Shown here one piece after another: positions 60,526 through 64,000 of a DNA stretch of 64,000 bases (the first letter of the stretch is position 1; each line of letters starts with the position of its first letter). This DNA comes from Zootoca vivipara. Lineage: Eukaryota. The stretch is from NCBI RefSeq assembly GCF_963506605.1, contig NC_083277.1, positions 4,030,001-4,094,000 of the forward strand, written 5' to 3'. The translations under genes were made by a program, and so were the position numbers. The notes under the pieces were generated by a model. That model was not told the origin of the DNA. It did no database searches and worked only from the letters and a program-made list of their open reading frames with translations.

Positions 60526-61032
60526 ATTTCCTTCTTTCCTTCTTTCTTTCTTCATTCAATTTCTCAACATATGTTTGTGTAGAGTCATATATTACTTGCT
60601 TTCTTTTTGCATATGTATATATGATAGCTGGACTTTGTCTTGTTTCTAAATAAAAATAATAAAAATAAAATGTGCCAGTGTGAGTAGATTAATATGGCGG
60701 GAAGGTAAACAGTGTTTCTGTGCGCTCTGGTTTCTGTCACGGTGTTCTGCTGTGCCAGAAGCGGTTTAGTCCAGCTGGCCACATGACGCAGAAAGCTGTC
60801 TGTGGACAAACATTGGTTACCTCGTCCTGAAAGTGAGATGAGCAACACAACCCCATAGTCACCTTTGACTGGACTTAACCATCCAGGGGTCTGTTACCTT
60901 CATAAATGCTGTAAGCTGCCCCTTGTGGCTGGGGAATAACTAATAAAATCATCATCATCATATGTTACAGAAAGTCTCACTAGGATTGTGATTCGCATTA
61001 CATTTTTAATTGTGATTTTCCCTTAACTTTAG

Positions 61033-62885
61033 CAGGTGATGAACAGGACAGTCATCGTACTCTGGTTTCATCAGAAAGTAAATCTAGCTTGAACTCACAC
61101 TGCAGAATCCACACAGAGGAGAAACCGTGTAAATGTTTGGTGTGTGGAAAGAGCTTCAGTGACAGCTCAGGCCTAAAATCACATGAAAGAATTCACGCCG
61201 GACAGGAATCATACAAATGCTTACAATGTGGAAAGGGTTTCAATCACCACTCAAACCTTAAAAGACATCACAAAGTCCACTCTGAGGAGAAACCGTTTAC
61301 CTGCTTTGAGTGTGGGAAGAGATTCAGTCACAACAGAAACCTTACACAACATCAAAAAATTCACACAGGGGAGAAACCGTATACCTGTTTTGACTGTGGA
61401 AAGAGTTTCCGTTACAGCTCAGGTCTTCAAACTCATCAAAGAATTCACACAGGGGAGAAACAGTATAAATGTTTGGAGTGCGGAATGAGCTTTGCTCACA
61501 GCTCAAGCCTTACATCTCATCAAAGAATTCACACTGGGGAGAAATCTTATAAATGTTCTGAGTGTGGAAGGAGATTTGCTCACCGTGCTAACCTTACTTC
61601 ACATAAGAGAACCCACACAGGGGAGAAACCATATAAATGCTTGGAATGTGGAAAGAGCTTCAGTCAGAGTCCACACCTTACTTCACATAAGAGAACTCAC
61701 ACTGGTGAGAAGCCGTATAAATGCTTTGAGTGTGGGAAGGGCTTCAGTCAGAGTTCACACCTTACTGTGCATGAGCGAATCCATACAGGGGAAAAACCAT
61801 ATAAATGTGTGACGTGTGGAAAGAGCTTTAGTAACCACACATACCTTGTTTGCCATCGCAGAATCCATACAGGAGAGAGGCCATATAAGTGCTTTGAGTG
61901 TGGAATGGGCTTCCACCAGGGTACAAGCCTTCGTATACATCAAAAAATCCACAGAGGTGAAAAACCGTATGCATGTTTTGAGTGTGGAAAGAGCTTCACA
62001 CAAAGCTCATCCCTTGCATCTCATCAAAAAACTCACAGAGGGGACAAGCAGTATGCATGTTTTGAGTGTGGGAAGAGATTCAGATGCAACAGAAACCTTA
62101 CACAACATCAAAAAATTCACACAGGGGAGAAACCGTATACCTGTTTTGACTGTGGAAAGAGTTTCCGTTACAGCTCAGGTCTTCAAACTCATCAAAGAAT
62201 TCACACAGGAGAGAAATCATATAAATGTTTGGAGTGTGGAATGAGCTTCGCTCAAAGTGCTACCCTTACTTCACATAAGAGAACCCACACAGGGGAGAAA
62301 CCATATAAATGCTTGGAATGTGGAAAGAGCTTCAGCCACAGTTCACACCTTAGTTCACATAAGAGAACTCACACTGGTGAGAAGCCATATAAATGCTTTG
62401 AGTGTGGGAAGAGCTTCAGTCAGAGTTCACACCTTACTGTGCATGAGCGAATCCATACAGGGGAAAAACCATATAAATGTGTGACGTGTGGAAAGAGCTT
62501 TAGTAACCACACATACCTTGTTTGCCATCGCAGAATCCATACAGGAGAGAAGCCATATAAGTGCTTTGAGTGTGGAAAGAACTTCACCCAGGGTACAAGC
62601 CTTCGTATACATCAAAAAATCCACAGAGGTGAAAAACCGTATGCATGTTTTGAGTGTGGAAAGAGTTTCACTCGAAGCTCAACCCTTGCATCTCATCAAA
62701 AAACTCACAGAGGGGACAAGCAGTATGCATGTTTTGAGTGTGGAAAGAGCTTCAATCACAGCTCAAGCCTTCATTATCATAAAAGAATTCACACAGGAGA
62801 GAAACCATATAAGTGCCTTGAGTGTGGAAAGAGATTTGCACGTGGATCTACGCTTACTTCTCATAAAAGAACTCACATGGGATAA
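61033..62885 (+). CDS. C2H2 zinc-finger protein G6, finger exon (21 fingers)
   Basis: tttagcag NAGNAG acceptor; frame [26 protein letters not shown] continues into ORF 61089-62885. Confidence 0.95.
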
Positions 62886-63589
62886 ACCATATAAATGCTT
62901 GGAGAAGGAGGCAACATTCCTTGAGTTAATTCCAACTCTTTGTTAGTTACAAGCAGAAGTAAGGGCAACTAATTCAGATTAACACCATCAGCTTCTGTTT
63001 CCCTACCTTTATAGAATGAGTTAAAATGCTATATTCCTAACCATATTGGATTGTTTTTTTAAAAAAGGAAGGGGGAAATCAAGTTCCCATTAGTGTTTTC
63101 ATTTTGTTCTTCTTGACATACAAATTCATCATGCCATTCCTAAAAGCTCTAATGGAAATGGGAAGAATTAAAGCAATGAACAGCTTCATTTTAGGGAGAA
63201 AGTGAATAAAATTGGATATATATTTTTTAAAAAAACTTATTTCTTGAATGTTGAATATTTATATGCAGAATGATAAAAAGTACAAAAATGCAGATACTAT
63301 AGACGTTAATGGATAAAGGAATAAATTCACAATAAACAATCCCTGTGTTCCTGTGTGTGTATATGGGGAGAGAGGAAGGAGGGCAGGCAAGTGTATCTGA
63401 AGGAAGGCCTCGTGGTCTCAAGGAATCTGCTGATGCCACATGCACCACTAACCCAGAAGCTGTTCTGTGGTCCACGTGGTTTAACAAGGTCTCAGGATTT
63501 ATATCAGAGGGAGATGGAACCCCAGTTTGTAATCTGGACCCATGGAACTTTCTGAGTCATCTCTAAGGGAAGCCCCATAAAGAATATAT

Positions 63590-64000
63590 TGCGATTATCC
63601 AGCCCGGAAATTACCAGAGTTTGGAGTGCAGTTGCCAAGTGACTTCTGTCCAAAAGGGGGCATAGCTGGAAAATCTGCAGAGGTGAGGAAAGGCCATGGG
63701 GGGCAACCAGTGGGAGTGGAGAGGAGCCCCTCCAAAGTTTGGGAGGGAAGATCTTGAGAGGCCAGGGGCTGATCTGGATTGGAAAGCAGTAAATAAAATT
63801 GGCTTAGGACCCTCGTACCTACGGGACCGCCTCTCCCGGTATGCCCCGCAGGTGACATTAAGGTCCACAAATAATAACATACTGGAGATCCCGAGTCACA
63901 ACATGGTTAGGCTGGCCTCGACCAGGACCAGGGCCTTCTTAGTACTAGCCCCGACCTGGTGGAATGCTCTCTCTCAGGAAACTAGGGCCCAGCGGGAATT
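63590..64000 (+). mobile_element. L2-clade LINE 3' region fragment with an insert
   Basis: GLGPSYLRDRLSRYAP-like sequence and AGGGCCTTC...CCTGGTGGAATGCTCT. Confidence 0.55.

Overview
Eukaryotic, repeat-rich window from a squamate reptile; a lacertid lizard is inferred from Sauria SINE, tRNA-Lys/CR1 SINE, BovB, CR1, L2 and Penelope content. It holds a tandem C2H2 zinc-finger gene cluster with six intact finger exons: G1 + 3479-4770 (13 fingers), G2 - 11314-12437 (11), G3 + 18241-19628 (13), G4 + 34056-35365 (12), G5 - 45230-46695 (14) and G6 + 61033-62885 (21). Relic copies are also present. No gene has an intact KRAB-A box in the window: it is frameshifted in G1, internally deleted in G3, and not found for G2. 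G4-G6 show no KRAB or SCAN at all. Instead they are preceded by a short exon, present in seven open-frame copies, encoding (MEEADPANLAR)MEGGRWTVDLVRLSP..SLPGPSERS and ending at a phase-1 GTGAG donor in frame with the finger exons. This is a candidate undescribed N-terminal effector module and the main finding. Other notable items: inverted-duplicated head-to-head promoters, a finger-less duplicate of the 5' half of G6, a CR1 with intact ORF2 nested inside an older CR1, Penelope-derived minimal hammerhead ribozymes, a palindromic MITE downstream of G4, and a decayed Gypsy gag-pro with a PEG10-like slippery site. Splice models come from sequence signals only.
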